NCBI GenBank assembly: GCA_965223205.1
Contig: CBDCWB010000021.1
Span: 377-64,376, forward strand
Direction of reading: 5' to 3'
Length of the DNA stretch: 64,000 bases
From: Candidatus Eiseniibacteriota bacterium
GTDB lineage: Bacteria > Eisenbacteria > RBG-16-71-46 > CAVPCR01 > CBDCWB01
Under the pieces are notes generated by a model. That model saw only the letters and a list, made by a program, of their open reading frames with translations. It did not search any database and had not been told where the DNA came from. The translations under genes and the position numbers were made by a program. How positions within the stretch are numbered: position 1 is the first letter of the stretch; each line of letters starts with the position of its first letter. This document shows positions 41,901 to 53,128 of the stretch, piece by piece.

Positions 41901-44094
41901 GGACACTGATCTTTGTCTGGCCCGGCTCATCACCATAGAGCTGTGTCAACCGCGCGGCCAACTCCGTCTCACGCCGTACTGCCTGAATCCTCCCGATCTC
42001 ATCATAGACAAAGTCCGTCGCATACCCATCAGGCCCCGTGTGCGACAACACCTCCCAGCGACGGTCATAGCTGAAGTAGTCAAGAATTGCATCCGTGTCA
42101 CCACGCTCCATCCAATCAGGACGCAGAAAGGCGGCGTAGGGCCCCCCTAGCTCTAACGGACTCGAGTTTTCATCCACCCACTTCCGGTGCACGACACGAC
42201 CCGACGGACCGGTGACCTTCGACACCGCCCACCGCGGATTGAAGTCCGGCACCGAGTATGCATCCACGTCATAGTCATAGATCGTGCTGGCAAATAGGTG
42301 CCCTGATCCATCCGGGGTCACAGCTACGCGTCTCTCCTCCACTCGACAGCCGTTCTCAAAGTCCCCGATGTCTCGCTCCTCAAGCGACGTCTTGGGTCCG
42401 GTTCCTCCCTTGTAGGTCGCCCGCTCCTTCATTACGCGGATAAACCAAGGGGTGGACACAGCACTCGCTGGATCTGGGTTTGGGATGCCGGGAGGCGGTG
42501 GTACCTCCCAAGTAGAACTGGGACTAGCGATCACGTTATGCGGCATGTCTATCGTCTCATCACCTAGCGCGTTTCGATGCAGCGTGATGTTTCCAAACTC
42601 ATCAAACTCCCTATAGAACTCTTCGTAGGACGCGACACCACCCGACACGTAGTGCGTGACAGTTTTTTCCGTGTTCTCCAACGACCGATGTCTGTTCTCG
42701 TCGAGATCCAATGAAGCGTCGTGAACGTACTCAATCAGCTCTTGACCAGAGACTTGTTCCTCGACCAACAACGTTTCCCATAGAGCGTCCTCGTCGGGCG
42801 CATTGTCGAGAACATGCGGCATGAAATATGGCGCCTTTCGATACTCGAACCGCCTGACCACTTCATCCGGCGTCGCCGAGCTTCCCTCGGGGGAAAACGG
42901 CGGTCCCGTGGTAACCGTAGTCCTGTACACATGGTCTTTGTGGTTGATATCATGCACATGGCCGGGAACGAAGTCGTACTCATATGTGGTGGTCCTCGTC
43001 GGCAAACTCGAGGCTTCATCCAGGTACACTCTGGCGCTCCCGACAATGCTCTGCGATACAGCTGAACGCCCCGTCGTCCTGAGGAAAAACTCATCGTTCA
43101 GCTGCGTTGTGCAACCAAACGGGATATCGTCGCGGTCGACGTAGGCGTACTCAGTCCTTCCGCCGGTGGGGTACTTGATTTCCTTCAGCCTGCTCGCGCT
43201 ATAGGGTTCTCTTTGGTACGCACAGCGCGTGGGAAAACCGACCTGTCGCTCGTCAGGCTCATAGTCGAAATAGGTCGTTCGACCGACCTGATCCACTATG
43301 TACCCAACGTAGTCCAGCCCGCCCTTTGTCTCATCGCCACTAGTGGTGTTGCCACTCCAGCGCTTGATGTATACGTCCCCTAACTCGGTACAATCAGCGT
43401 GGCCTCCGTCGGGGCACCAAGAGACCGCGTCGATCCGATACCCATCACTACCCTGATCATCAAAGAACGTCAGCAACCGCCTCCAGCCAATAGCATCGTT
43501 CCCGACGAAGATATGAAGACTCCTGACTGATAGCTGTGCTGAGTTCTCCGAACCACCTGTTGGATTGTGGAACTCATACTCAACCTTCAAGGCTCTGGAG
43601 GAGGGGTGGGTACCGGTCTTGCCAAAGATCTTGTGCAATCGGAAGCAGCGTGTGAACTGAATGTCGCTGGTAGAGTACGGCGCCCACGTCGGGTTCGTCG
43701 GCCCAACCGGTGGGCGAACATCGTGCTCTTTGAACAGATAGCTGAGACCCTCGGGCGCCTTCACGACCAGATCCCGGTTGAACCGTTGGAAAGGGATGTC
43801 AACGCACGCCCGAAAGTAGTTGCGCTTGTTGGCAGCCGCCATCGCGAGCTTCTGGGAGGCCCCGTCGTTCTGATAGTATCCAAACTCCAACAACGATCCG
43901 TCGTTGCGGGCGACGTAAACGTTGCGGGTTTGATAGAGACGGTACCCGCTCGTCAGGTCATCATGACCCCGGTCGCAGATTATAATCCCTTCGGTCCGGT
44001 AGACATCGTAAGGAGGTGGTGTGTCGTTCTGGGGAGCACGCCAACCGGTCCAAAGAGCTTCTCCGAAGGCGCCAAGTGGTCTTGCCGCAATCGC
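38929..44094 (-). CDS. Large Rhs/YD-repeat toxin, apparently 5'-truncated; Ntox37-like C-terminal toxin
   Basis: Frame open from 44094 (first start codon 43893); many YD repeats; NNPLDWMDPTGE; CT FEWRG...WYNPKTGESLRPDLDHP..GPHWDY. Confidence 0.9.
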   Translation of the reverse strand, partial: AIAARPLGAFGEALWTGWRAPQNDTPPPYDVYRTEGIIICDRGHDDLTSGYRLYQTRNVYVARNDGSLLEFGYYQNDGASQKLAMAAANKRNYFRACVDIPFQRFNRDLVVKAPEGLSYLFKEHDVRPPVGPTNPTWAPYSTSDIQFTRCFRLHKIFGKTGTHPSSRALKVEYEFHNPTGGSENSAQLSVRSLHIFVGNDAIGWRRLLTFFDDQGSDGYRIDAVSWCPDGGHADCTELGDVYIKRWSGNTTSGDETKGGLDYVGYIVDQVGRTTYFDYEPDERQVGFPTRCAYQREPYSASRLKEIKYPTGGRTEYAYVDRDDIPFGCTTQLNDEFFLRTTGRSAVSQSIVGSARVYLDEASSLPTRTTTYEYDFVPGHVHDINHKDHVYRTTVTTGPPFSPEGSSATPDEVVRRFEYRKAPYFMPHVLDNAPDEDALWETLLVEEQVSGQELIEYVHDASLDLDENRHRSLENTEKTVTHYVSGGVASYEEFYREFDEFGNITLHRNALGDETIDMPHNVIASPSSTWEVPPPPGIPNPDPASAVSTPWFIRVMKERATYKGGTGPKTSLEERDIGDFENGCRVEERRVAVTPDGSGHLFASTIYDYDVDAYSVPDFNPRWAVSKVTGPSGRVVHRKWVDENSSPLELGGPYAAFLRPDWMERGDTDAILDYFSYDRRWEVLSHTGPDGYATDFVYDEIGRIQAVRRETELAARLTQLYGDEPGQTKISVLATPGVGPEQPQQETTHHVDGIDRIFQTERNGALKEVEFNILDQVWQSTDEEGRVTQYRYDKLGRLEATTHPDLRIEYVTRDFATSLSGDGFSYPWSSDLQGASYFKAETTTDPFGHQAIRKYDALGQLRAVAYVKDDGSKAVTYYRYDDRGNLIRIRDAEGRDSVYEYDMAGRLLRLDLPDLGGKHSEHHEIRHEPGVGTQASVFTPSMKAIQYSATLEFTDGSCGTPTFVIREIGGAELVRLNHKGSHGGMVRTTPGVAHEVLTTVSCAANGATTSVIYQTQSSLGSGWDIVYVYDLSGKLRFSQDRRQSAAVNEWTYYKYDEQGREVERGVLSGVTQAQLQPEDASYPEAPLNHDPIVSYSYDTGVGTNTEGRLAQVSRKARGAGSPHFIRDFWYDTSGHVTFEKTATWKGVGAGSNYLVQDVDVEQDWLDETIELEYPGSSLALEYRYDDRGRASKVFRQEGLDLDQILELDYFDDDRLKELLFADQGGLGNPQTTLTYTDRGRVATHQVDSDGAAVFSESFSYYPNASMHQRTTDNLATTTYFPDALGRLKSVVFDADASMAFEYDDTGTRTGVERPYGNHFSYLHEAGTSRLTKVDHLASEASVEFAHDGNGNVIAINEHVGSRGIRSHYFWYSHDNRVVRQSLATSDNLIAKESFLDGEGEPCLELRTNSAVDDVVDATIALRRGGKLLGLFEGDGTEKQRYLYADGRLFGTVDDGGLIQHCHVDGEGSVRAVTNADGSLMQRIDYFPFGEPRRLESNRYDQPFRHHKGEQELGGFTRQGARFNMARYGRFGALDPILLEAPEKKLLADPLRLHPYAYARNNPLDWMDPTGEFPAAAVAPLLGPFLANPAGLTAAAVLGGAVLAAATVSPQARELISDLMLSLLESGGDATPEGDAHKGADAAKEGGKTFPGTNSAEAPKGFEWRGKPGSTPGSKEGNWYNPKTGESLRPDLDHPGSIGPHWDYRDPSGNWFRIFPDGSQVPK

Positions 44095-44378
44095 TTATCG
44101 AGTTTGTCACCCGATGCGGCAATTTAGTGTTGTATGCGCGTCTTGCGAGCGCTACCGTTCGAGTGTGGCTCCGGGTTGGTGCCGCTCCCGTGTCGCCGGG
44201 AAGAAGAGAGCAGGGTCGCGATGGCCGTAGTGCCGTTTGTGTCGTCCCACATTCCGCAAAATGCGTCACCTGACGGTGATGACCGTGCGGCTGCGCTCAT
44301 CGCGTCGTCCGAATCGTTAGCGCATCCTAGTTTGGCGCCAGCCTGCCCAACGGTTACCCGCTGTTTACCTACGGACAG

Positions 44379-45599
44379 ATGTCTCTATTTCGTCAAGCAC
44401 AACAGCCCTGTGCTGCTGCCTCGGAGGCTTTTAACGTGCGCAGCCTATGTGTCGCTCTATTTCTAATCTGCCCAATACGTAGCGCGGGAGGTGCCGAGAT
44501 ACACGTCCCCGCAGATTTTCCTACGATTCAGGAAGCTGTCGACGCAGCGGTTGACGGCGACTCAATCGTCGTCGCGTCAGGGATCTACATGGAATCGGTG
44601 CTGGTGAGTGCTAAACGAATCTCCATTATTGGAGCGGGACGTGACAAAACTTTCGTGGATTCGGGCGTGTTGGCGGGCCTAACAGTACTTAGTGGGGCGG
44701 ATGTCGAACTAAGTGGAATAGACATTACGAGCCCAGGCTCGGCAACTCCGGCGCTTCGCGTGCAACTTGCGACCTTGGATGTGGCCTTTTGCCGAATGCG
44801 CGACTCAAATGGTGGTGGCCAGGCGGGTGGTGGGCTACAAGCTGGTCTCGGATCGACGGTTCGGTGCGCGGACTCGGAGTTTAGGGGCAACACGGGAGTC
44901 AGTGGCGCTGTGTTTGTGAGTGGTGGAGAAGTTGTTCACTTTATCCGGTGCCTGTTTCGTGAGAACGTTGCGAATTTAAGCATAAACGACGCTGGTGTCG
45001 CTACCATCGTTGCAAACGACGTCTTGTTCAAGGATTGTTATTTCATCGAGAACACGAGCGTTGCCGGATTCGGCGGTGTGGTTGGTGCAATCAACTTCTC
45101 TGGTGAGGCAGGAGGACACTTGCGTGTCGAGAGGTGTCTGTTTGTCGGCAACAAAGCTACAGATATAGGAGCGATTCTCGTCGGCTATGGTGGAAGCGCG
45201 CACATTCGCAACAGCACGTTCGTGGGCAACACCGGCGCTACCATCGGTGCTATCGGTGTGTCTGGCAACGCCGCGTCCACCCCCACCACATTAGAAAACT
45301 GCATTCTCACCACAAACGGACCGGGCCCTGTTCTTGATTGCGATGGCGACGCACTCACAGTCGTCTGCTGTGATGTATGGAACAATGCGAGCGGGCGGGC
45401 GTGCCTGCCCGGCGATAGAAACATCTCGCTTGACCCGCTCTTCTGTGGAATCGATCTATGGAGCCTACAAGAAGGCTCACCTTGCGCTCCACGCAACAGT
45501 CCGAGCTGTGGGCTTATCGGGGCTAAAGATGTCGCCTGCACGAGCCCAACAGAACAAACGAGTTGGGGCCGCATCAAGTCCAAAATGCTGAGAAGATAG
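44379..45599 (+). CDS. Secreted right-handed beta-helix (pectin-lyase-like) protein
   Basis: Signal-like region, VPADFPTIQEAVDAA, repeated F.GN/F.EN turns, NISLDPLFC, C-terminal TSWGRIK. Confidence 0.8.
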   Translation: MSLFRQAQQPCAAASEAFNVRSLCVALFLICPIRSAGGAEIHVPADFPTIQEAVDAAVDGDSIVVASGIYMESVLVSAKRISIIGAGRDKTFVDSGVLAGLTVLSGADVELSGIDITSPGSATPALRVQLATLDVAFCRMRDSNGGGQAGGGLQAGLGSTVRCADSEFRGNTGVSGAVFVSGGEVVHFIRCLFRENVANLSINDAGVATIVANDVLFKDCYFIENTSVAGFGGVVGAINFSGEAGGHLRVERCLFVGNKATDIGAILVGYGGSAHIRNSTFVGNTGATIGAIGVSGNAASTPTTLENCILTTNGPGPVLDCDGDALTVVCCDVWNNASGRACLPGDRNISLDPLFCGIDLWSLQEGSPCAPRNSPSCGLIGAKDVACTSPTEQTSWGRIKSKMLRR

Positions 45600-45606
45600 G
45601 CGCAGG

Positions 45607-45642
45607 CTCGCTCAACGAGGCACAAGTGTCTCGTTGAGCGAG
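45607..45642. terminator. Strong hairpin between convergent genes
   Basis: CTCGCTCAACGAG-GCACAAGTGT-CTCGTTGAGCGAG inverted repeat; no U-tract. Confidence 0.45.
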
Positions 45643-46263
45643 GGCTCCTTCCTTGCCTTGCGCTTTTTTGCAGCGCGCTCCTCAGCCTCCTTGAGTCGGT
45701 AGCTGTCGCCGTCGATGTCGATGATCTCGGCAGTGTGGAGCAGGCGATCGACGAGTGTGACGACACAAGCAGCGTTGGGAAAGTTTCCCCCCCAGGCAGT
45801 GAAGGCCTTGTTGGTGGTGACGACGGTGGAGCGCTCCTGGTAGCGTCGGGTCACGACTTCGAAGAACAGGTCGGCATGGCGTGTGTCGTACGAAAGATAC
45901 CCGACTTCGTCGACGACCAGCAGGGCCGGGTTGGTGTAGCGGCGCAGCCTGCGAGTGAACGACGCTTCGGTGTGCTGCACGGCAAGGTCGTTCAACATGT
46001 CGCTGGCGGTGGTGAAACGTACGGTGTGTCCGCGCATGAGCCCCTGATAGGCAAGGTTCTTGGCGATCATCGACTTGCCGATGCCGTTGGGACCGATGAA
46101 GACGACATTGGCAGCCTCCCTGAGAAAGGCGAAGTCGAAGAGCTCTTCGATCGATGGGCGATGAATCTTCTTCGGCCAGCTCCAGTCAAAGTCGGCCATC
46201 GGCTTCATGGCGCCGATGCGGGCGTTGCGGATACGGCGGTCGAGACTTCGCCTTAGCTTAGCT

Positions 46264-47919
46264 TAGTTCGCATCCGGAAATTCGATTTGGCGCATAAGGA
46301 TGCGAAAAACAGTGAATCGGAGTCGGCATTTGTTCATACTGCCAGGTGTTAGAAACCAAAGCCTGGATAGGCTTAACGGCAGAAACGAACAAAGGAGCCG
46401 ACCCCGATGAGGACAATGATCAGGCAACAGCAGGTGTTCATGCAAGCGTTCATTGACCACGAGCATGCTCGCGAGCTCGCCGAGATGAGCGACGCCCTGG
46501 ACCGTTGTTCGGCGGCGCTGAGCCGGGTGACGAAGGACATTGCCCGAGGACGCAGTGTGAATCGAGGGCGACCTGGGATGACGGCTGAGCAGGTGGTGCG
46601 AGCGCTTGTCGTGAAACAGATGAACGACTTCAGCTATGACGAGCTGGCCTTCCACTTGTCCGATTCCACCTGTTATCGCGTATTTTGTCGGATCGGCGAT
46701 TTCGAGAAGGCGCCGAGCAAGTCGACGCTTCAGGAGAACATCAAGCGAGTGTCGGCAAGGGCGCTGGAGGCGATTCATCGAGCCCTGCTTGGTGTTGCAC
46801 AAGAAGAAGAGATCGAAAGTGGTCAGACTGTGCGCGGTGACTGCACGACGGTGGAAACGAACATCCACCCGCCGACGGACTCCTGGCTGCTTTGGGATAC
46901 GGTTCGAGTCCTGGTTCGACTGCTGAAGCGCAGTCGCAAGTTTGGAGTCGACTTCAGCAATCACCAACGGCTTGCAAAGCGTCGGTTTCGGCAGATCGGC
47001 AACATGAGAGATCGAGAGGAGCGCGCCCGGCTGTATAGGGAGCTACTGGAGGGAACGGAAAAGACGCTTGGGGACGCGCAGAACGCGATTGAAGAACTGC
47101 AGTCTTGGGACGATGGAGAAGCGCAGATCTTGGTCGCTCGATTGAAGCATCACGTCACTTTGGGTCGCCGGGTGATCGAGCAAACACGTCGGAGAGTACT
47201 GCAGGGCGAAACCGTTCCGTCAACGGAGAAGGTGGTGTCGATCTTCGAAGACCACACCGACATCCTGGCGAAGGGGAAGCCTAGGCCCGAGTACGGTCAC
47301 AAGATCTGCTTGACGACTGGCCCGGCATCGATGGTGCTGGACTGTGTGGTGTTGCGCGGCAACCCGGCAGACAAGACGCTGGCGACACAGATGATCGAGC
47401 GTCACCGCGACATCTTTGGCGCCGTCCCTGAACAAGTGGCGTTCGATGGAGGGTTCGCATCGAAAGCGAACGTCAACGAGATCAAGAGGATGGGAGTGGA
47501 TGATGTTGCTTTCAGCAAACGATGTGGACTTTCGATCAGCGAGATGGTGACAGACAGCTGGGTCTACAGGCGATTGCGGAACTTCCGCGCTGGCATCGAA
47601 GGATGCATCTCATTCTTCAAACGCTGCTTTGGCTTGAGGCGCTGTTCGTGGAAAGGTTGGCGATCGTTCGAAGCCTACGTGTGGGCTTCGATTCTGTCGG
47701 CAAACTTGCTGACATTGGCGCGGCATCGTCTGACCGCATGAGCGTAAGTTCGCGGTAACACATCTTAAGTTGAGTTGGTCAGCGATTGGTCCTGCCCTGA
47801 CAGCGCCGCAAGTGACCCGGCACGGGCACTTCGCCCTGGCTCAAGACACGGAGAGACGACCGGTAGAGCCCGTTCCGCGCCATTCGGGTGCTGAAACGGA
47901 CTTTTCCGGATGCAAACTA
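46264..47919 (+). mobile_element. ISNCY-like DDE insertion sequence, copy 1 (transposase 46407-47741)
   Basis: IRs TAGTTCGCATCCGGAAA / TTTCCGGATGCAAACTA; RGDCTTVETNIHPPTDS, FDGGF, FRAGIEGCIS. Confidence 0.88.
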
Positions 47920-47937
47920 GCTTAGCTTAGCTTAGCT

Positions 47938-49593
47938 TAGTTCGCATCCGGAAATTCGATTTGGCGCATAAGGATGCGAAAAACAGTGAATCGGAGTCGG
48001 CATTTGTTCATACTGCCAGGTGTTAGAAACCAAAGCCTGGATAGGCTTAACGGCAGAAACGAACAAAGGAGCCGACCCCGATGAGGACAATGATCAGGCA
48101 ACAGCAGGTGTTCATGCAAGCGTTCATTGACCACGAGCATGCTCGCGAGCTCGCCGAGATGAGCGACGCCCTGGACCGTTGTTCGGCGGCGCTGAGCCGG
48201 GTGACGAAGGACATTGCCCGAGGACGCAGTGTGAATCGAGGGCGACCTGGGATGACGGCTGAGCAGGTGGTGCGAGCGCTTGTCGTGAAACAGATGAACG
48301 ACTTCAGCTATGACGAGCTGGCCTTCCACTTGTCCGATTCCACCTGTTATCGCGTATTTTGTCGGATCGGCGATTTCGAGAAGGCGCCGAGCAAGTCGAC
48401 GCTTCAGGAGAACATCAAGCGAGTGTCGGCAAGGGCGCTGGAGGCGATTCATCGAGCCCTGCTTGGTGTTGCACAAGAAGAAGAGATCGAAAGTGGTCAG
48501 ACTGTGCGCGGTGACTGCACGACGGTGGAAACGAACATCCACCCGCCGACGGACTCCTGGCTGCTTTGGGATACGGTTCGAGTCCTGGTTCGACTGCTGA
48601 AGCGCAGTCGCAAGTTTGGAGTCGACTTCAGCAATCACCAACGGCTTGCAAAGCGTCGGTTTCGGCAGATCGGCAACATGAGAGATCGAGAGGAGCGCGC
48701 CCGGCTGTATAGGGAGCTACTGGAGGGAACGGAAAAGACGCTTGGGGACGCGCAGAACGCGATTGAAGAACTGCAGTCTTGGGACGATGGAGAAGCGCAG
48801 ATCTTGGTCGCTCGATTGAAGCATCACGTCACTTTGGGTCGCCGGGTGATCGAGCAAACACGTCGGAGAGTACTGCAGGGCGAAACCGTTCCGTCAACGG
48901 AGAAGGTGGTGTCGATCTTCGAAGACCACACCGACATCCTGGCGAAGGGGAAGCCTAGGCCCGAGTACGGTCACAAGATCTGCTTGACGACTGGCCCGGC
49001 ATCGATGGTGCTGGACTGTGTGGTGTTGCGCGGCAACCCGGCAGACAAGACGCTGGCGACACAGATGATCGAGCGTCACCGCGACATCTTTGGCGCCGTC
49101 CCTGAACAAGTGGCGTTCGATGGAGGGTTCGCATCGAAAGCGAACGTCAACGAGATCAAGAGGATGGGAGTGGATGATGTTGCTTTCAGCAAACGATGTG
49201 GACTTTCGATCAGCGAGATGGTGACAGACAGCTGGGTCTACAGGCGATTGCGGAACTTCCGCGCTGGCATCGAAGGATGCATCTCATTCTTCAAACGCTG
49301 CTTTGGCTTGAGGCGCTGTTCGTGGAAAGGTTGGCGATCGTTCGAAGCCTACGTGTGGGCTTCGATTCTGTCGGCAAACTTGCTGACATTGGCGCGGCAT
49401 CGTCTGACCGCATGAGCGTAAGTTCGCGGTAACACATCTTAAGTTGAGTTGGTCAGCGATTGGTCCTGCCCTGACAGCGCCGCAAGTGACCCGGCACGGG
49501 CACTTCGCCCTGGCTCAAGACACGGAGAGACGACCGGTAGAGCCCGTTCCGCGCCATTCGGGTGCTGAAACGGACTTTTCCGGATGCAAACTA
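47938..49593 (+). mobile_element. ISNCY-like insertion sequence, copy 2 (transposase 48081-49415)
   Basis: Identical protein to copy 1; offset 1674 bp. Confidence 0.88.
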
Positions 49594-49739
49594 GCTTAGC
49601 TTAGCTTGCTTAGCTTAGGCGTTCGGTCTCTTCGAGTTCGAGCAGGCGCTCGATGAACGGCTCATCCTGGACCTCGTCCCAGTGAGCAAGAAGGCCCCAG
49701 AGGCCGAGCTTGCGCGCGCGTTCGCGGTTACGTTCAGGG

Positions 49740-51246
49740 TCAATCGGGGTCTTCGGCATCATCTTCCTCCTTAAAGAGTCGGTCGTAGTCGGTGAGTGAG
49801 TGCGGGCGAACGATGAGGTCTCGAAAACGCGGATCGTCGGGCACGCGCACGGGGACTGGCGGTGGTTTGCCGGCAGCGAAACGGGTTTTGATCAAGGACC
49901 TGGCGCACGGCCCCGAGATGCGGCGCGTCGCGCTCGAGAGCTTCAGCGATTGCCTGCTCGAGTTCATGAGGACCGTAGCGGTCAAGGAGCGTAAGAAGCC
50001 GTGAGGTGACGCTGCCTAGGTTGGCGCCGCGCAAGGCGAGCTGCTCGAACAATCGGCTGGAGAAGGGGGCGGCATGCGCCAGGCGATCGATGCCACGGTG
50101 CTTGCGAGCCTGTCGTTTCTGAGCGACGAGTGCTTCGAGATGACGCGGATCTTCGATCTGGCGCCCCTTGTCCCAGCAACGGTCGTGTTCGGCCACCAGC
50201 TGGTTCTGGTTGAGAATGCGCACGGTGTCGAGCGAAGCGACGACCAGAAGCGTCCGCCGTACGTGTGTATGCGGCACCGAGTAGTCGTTGCGATCGAAGC
50301 GGACGTAGGGAGACTTCGGCACCTTGACCGGTACGCGTTCGTCGCAGGGGAAGCGGTCTGGCGGTAGCTCGAGGAGCTTCGTCCGTTCCTCCTCGAACAC
50401 ATCGTGGACCGTCCGGTCACGATCCTCGGGACAACGCCGCTGGCCAGCTGTCGAGCGACACCAGTCGAGGGCCTGGCAGTTGAGATCATCGAGATCGTGG
50501 AAGGAGCGAGCAGCGAAGAAGCTCGAACGCACAAAGCGGATGGCGCGCTCGACCCGTCCCTTCTCGTTGCCGCGAGCGACGGCTACGGGGCGCGGCTCGA
50601 AGCGGTGGTGTGCAGCAAGCTCGAGAAGGGTCGGGTGGAAGCGGATCGCATCCCGCCGGCGTTCGAGCACCGCGCTCTTCAGGTTGTCGTACTTTAGCGT
50701 GCGAGGCACGCCACCGAAGAATTCGAAGGCTTCGACGTGACCGCGTAGAAAGTAGGGCATTGCGCTGCCGAGGTAGTAGCGCAGGAAGATATGGCGCGAG
50801 TAGCTCAGCACGCAGACGAAGCCGACCAGCCGTCGCTCGGCGCTGCCGATCGTGAGCGTGCCGAAATGTCCCCAGTCGACCTGCGCTTCCTCACCGGGCA
50901 GGGTGAGTAGCCTGAGAAAAGCCTCGGCCGGCCGACGTGGACGATAGCGCGCGACGACGGTGCGGAAGTGATCAGGACCACCTGCGTAGCCGCGCTCCTT
51001 CACCATCGCGTACAGCCGGCTGGCGCATAGTCGAGGATACTTCTCCAGCGTCTCAACTATGAAGGGGATGAACGGATCGGCAAGCGTCGGCCGAGAGGCC
51101 CGCTTCCCTTCCGGCAGCCCGGCCTGAGCAAGAACCCGCTTGACCGTCGAGTGATGCACGCCGAGCTGACGGGCGATCGTGCCGACCCGCCACTTCTCGG
51201 CATGATAGAGCCGGAGGATCTCGGCTTCGAGAGCGGGCGAGATCAT
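49740..51246 (-). pseudogene. istA: IS21 IstA with a frameshift near the 3' end
   Basis: Homolog of 17335-18825; the C-terminus continues in the 49740-49985 frame. Confidence 0.85.
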
Positions 51247-51273
51247 GCGCCGCCCTGGTGCACATCGAGTGCA

Positions 51274-51666
51274 TCACCACTCGGGACGCCAGCGACGAGC
51301 AAAGGGCTCGCACCGCCTCCCACAACCGTCGCAGTAGATCTCATCATTGCTCTCCCTGCGTGGCGCGACCGCCGCGCCGTCGACGACCGGCACTGTCGCA
51401 GGCAAGGCGGGCGCAGGGAATCGGTGATGCGTCACTTTCTGCTTGTGGCGAGCGATCCGAGTACGGTAGGCGCGTTGGCGGGCCGCGTGACGGAGAGCTC
51501 CGCGGCGGCTTTGCTGGTAGCGGCGGCCGGCACGGCGCACCGACTCACGGCGCGCCTCAGCGGCGCATCCAGTGAGGCAATAGACGTGGCCCCGATCACA
51601 CCGCTGGCAGATCCGCACCTGCCGGCGGCATCGGGCACAATTGTAGAGTCGGTACCCCTCCGCCAC
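51274..51666 (-). CDS. Cys-rich basic protein inside IS21 element 2 (left end at 51891)
   Basis: CARC...CQRCDRGHVYC...C, RRAGRRYQQ; element end reads TGTCAATGGTGG on the minus strand. Confidence 0.72.
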   Translation of the reverse strand: MAEGYRLYNCARCRRQVRICQRCDRGHVYCLTGCAAEARRESVRRAGRRYQQSRRGALRHAARQRAYRTRIARHKQKVTHHRFPAPALPATVPVVDGAAVAPRRESNDEIYCDGCGRRCEPFARRWRPEW

Positions 51667-51891
51667 CCCACCCCATCGACCGAACGGGCTGGACAGATGG
51701 CCGGCGGCAAGGCAACCTTAGGGGACTAGTGTCGGTGCTATCACCGCCGACCCATAGAAGGCTCCGGGGAGGACTAGTCCCTGGGGCCTTCGCCTTTTCG
51801 GGCGACTATCGATTCATATCACAAGGGCTCCGGCTCAGGAAGCTCACCCCGCTCTTCACCGGATAGGCGCGGGTTTACACCACCATTGACA

Positions 51892-52625
51892 GCACTGTAT
51901 TGTATCGCCTTCATTGATGGCGTGAAGGCGGTGGCTTGCGTCCCCACTCCCGGTTCGTGACGGATTTCGTGGTGCTCGGAGTGCTTGCCTCCCAAGTCGG
52001 GAAGATCGGCGCGCAAGAGCCTACCTGCCATGTCGTACTCGTAGACCGAATCGCGGCCTTCGGCGTCTCTAATGCGAATCAGGTTTCCTCGATCATCGTA
52101 TCTGTAGTACGTGACCGCTTTCGAGCCGTCGTCCTTCACGTATGCTACGGCGCGGAGCTGTCCAAGGGCGTCATACTTGCGTATCGCCTGATGACCGAAA
52201 GGATCCGTAGTCATCTCCACTTTGAAGTAACTTGCTGCAGCTAGGTCACTCGGCCACGGGTACGAAAAGCCAGGTCCTGATAGAGACGTGGAAAAATCAC
52301 GCGTTATGTGCTCAACGCGCGAGTCAGGGTAGATCGTCCGCTCCAAACGACCCAGTTTATCGTATCCGTACTGTGTCTCTCGGCTCTCCTCATCAGTAGT
52401 CCGCCACCTTTGATCCGAAATGTTGAACTCAACTTTGCTCAAAGCACCGCTGCGTTCAGTTTGATAGATGCGGTCGAGTCCATCGACGTGGTAGACCGTG
52501 CGCTGCTGCGGCTGCTCTGCACTAGAGCCGGGTGTGCCGATCAGGCTAATCGTCGTCTCATCCGGAGCGTCATGGTAGGTTCGGCTGTGCCGCGCAAGAG
52601 ACTCCAACTCACGCCGTACGGTTCG
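51892..52625 (-). pseudogene. Internal Rhs fragment from a diverged allele
   Basis: Homologous to ~41250-41980 but with many substitutions. Confidence 0.8.
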
Positions 52626-52729
52626 AATGTTTACGTTCTACTCGACCACATCCCGCTTCTCACCACGCAGCCTGGTACCGGCTATAGAACCGCCCGACAA
52701 GCTTCACTTCGCCGATAGGCGCGGAGGCG

Positions 52730-53128
52730 CTACATGTTGCCGCCGCCATCTTCACGACCCGCTCCGTACACAGAGAACTCCAAGCTAACGCCCGCTTCTG
52801 CAAGCCTTTGAACCAACTCAGGATCTGCGTGCAGAGAAAACACCTGACACCCAGCAAGATCCTCTGGCTCGACGGCAACGTCAACGCACACGTCTATGCC
52901 AACCTCGTGTGCCTCTGCAATGGCTGCGCAGCCAGCATGGACGAATCGGAGAATCGCGGTTCGATGATCCCCCCAACCACCGGCCTCGGACAGCTCGGAT
53001 GCAAACCCATCGCCAGCACGTCGAAGGCCACGGTAAGCTCCAGGAATCAGGAGATTCAACTGGGCGCCTATGCGTTCATGGTCTTCATGTCCCGCCGATG
53101 TGGACGTGAAGCGGATGATTGTGAACAT
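52730..53128 (-). CDS. Putative immunity protein (DUF4279-like C-terminus)
   Basis: TGATG coupling to the toxin; LVQRLAEAGVSLEFSVY. Confidence 0.65.
   Translation of the reverse strand: MFTIIRFTSTSAGHEDHERIGAQLNLLIPGAYRGLRRAGDGFASELSEAGGWGDHRTAILRFVHAGCAAIAEAHEVGIDVCVDVAVEPEDLAGCQVFSLHADPELVQRLAEAGVSLEFSVYGAGREDGGGNM

Larger units (their letters stand above)
45612..49759 (-). pseudogene. istB: istB split by tandem IS insertion (N-term 49619-49759, remainder 45612-46251)
   Basis: Restoring a single CTTAG gives in-frame [20 protein letters not shown], matching istB at 18825. Confidence 0.9.
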
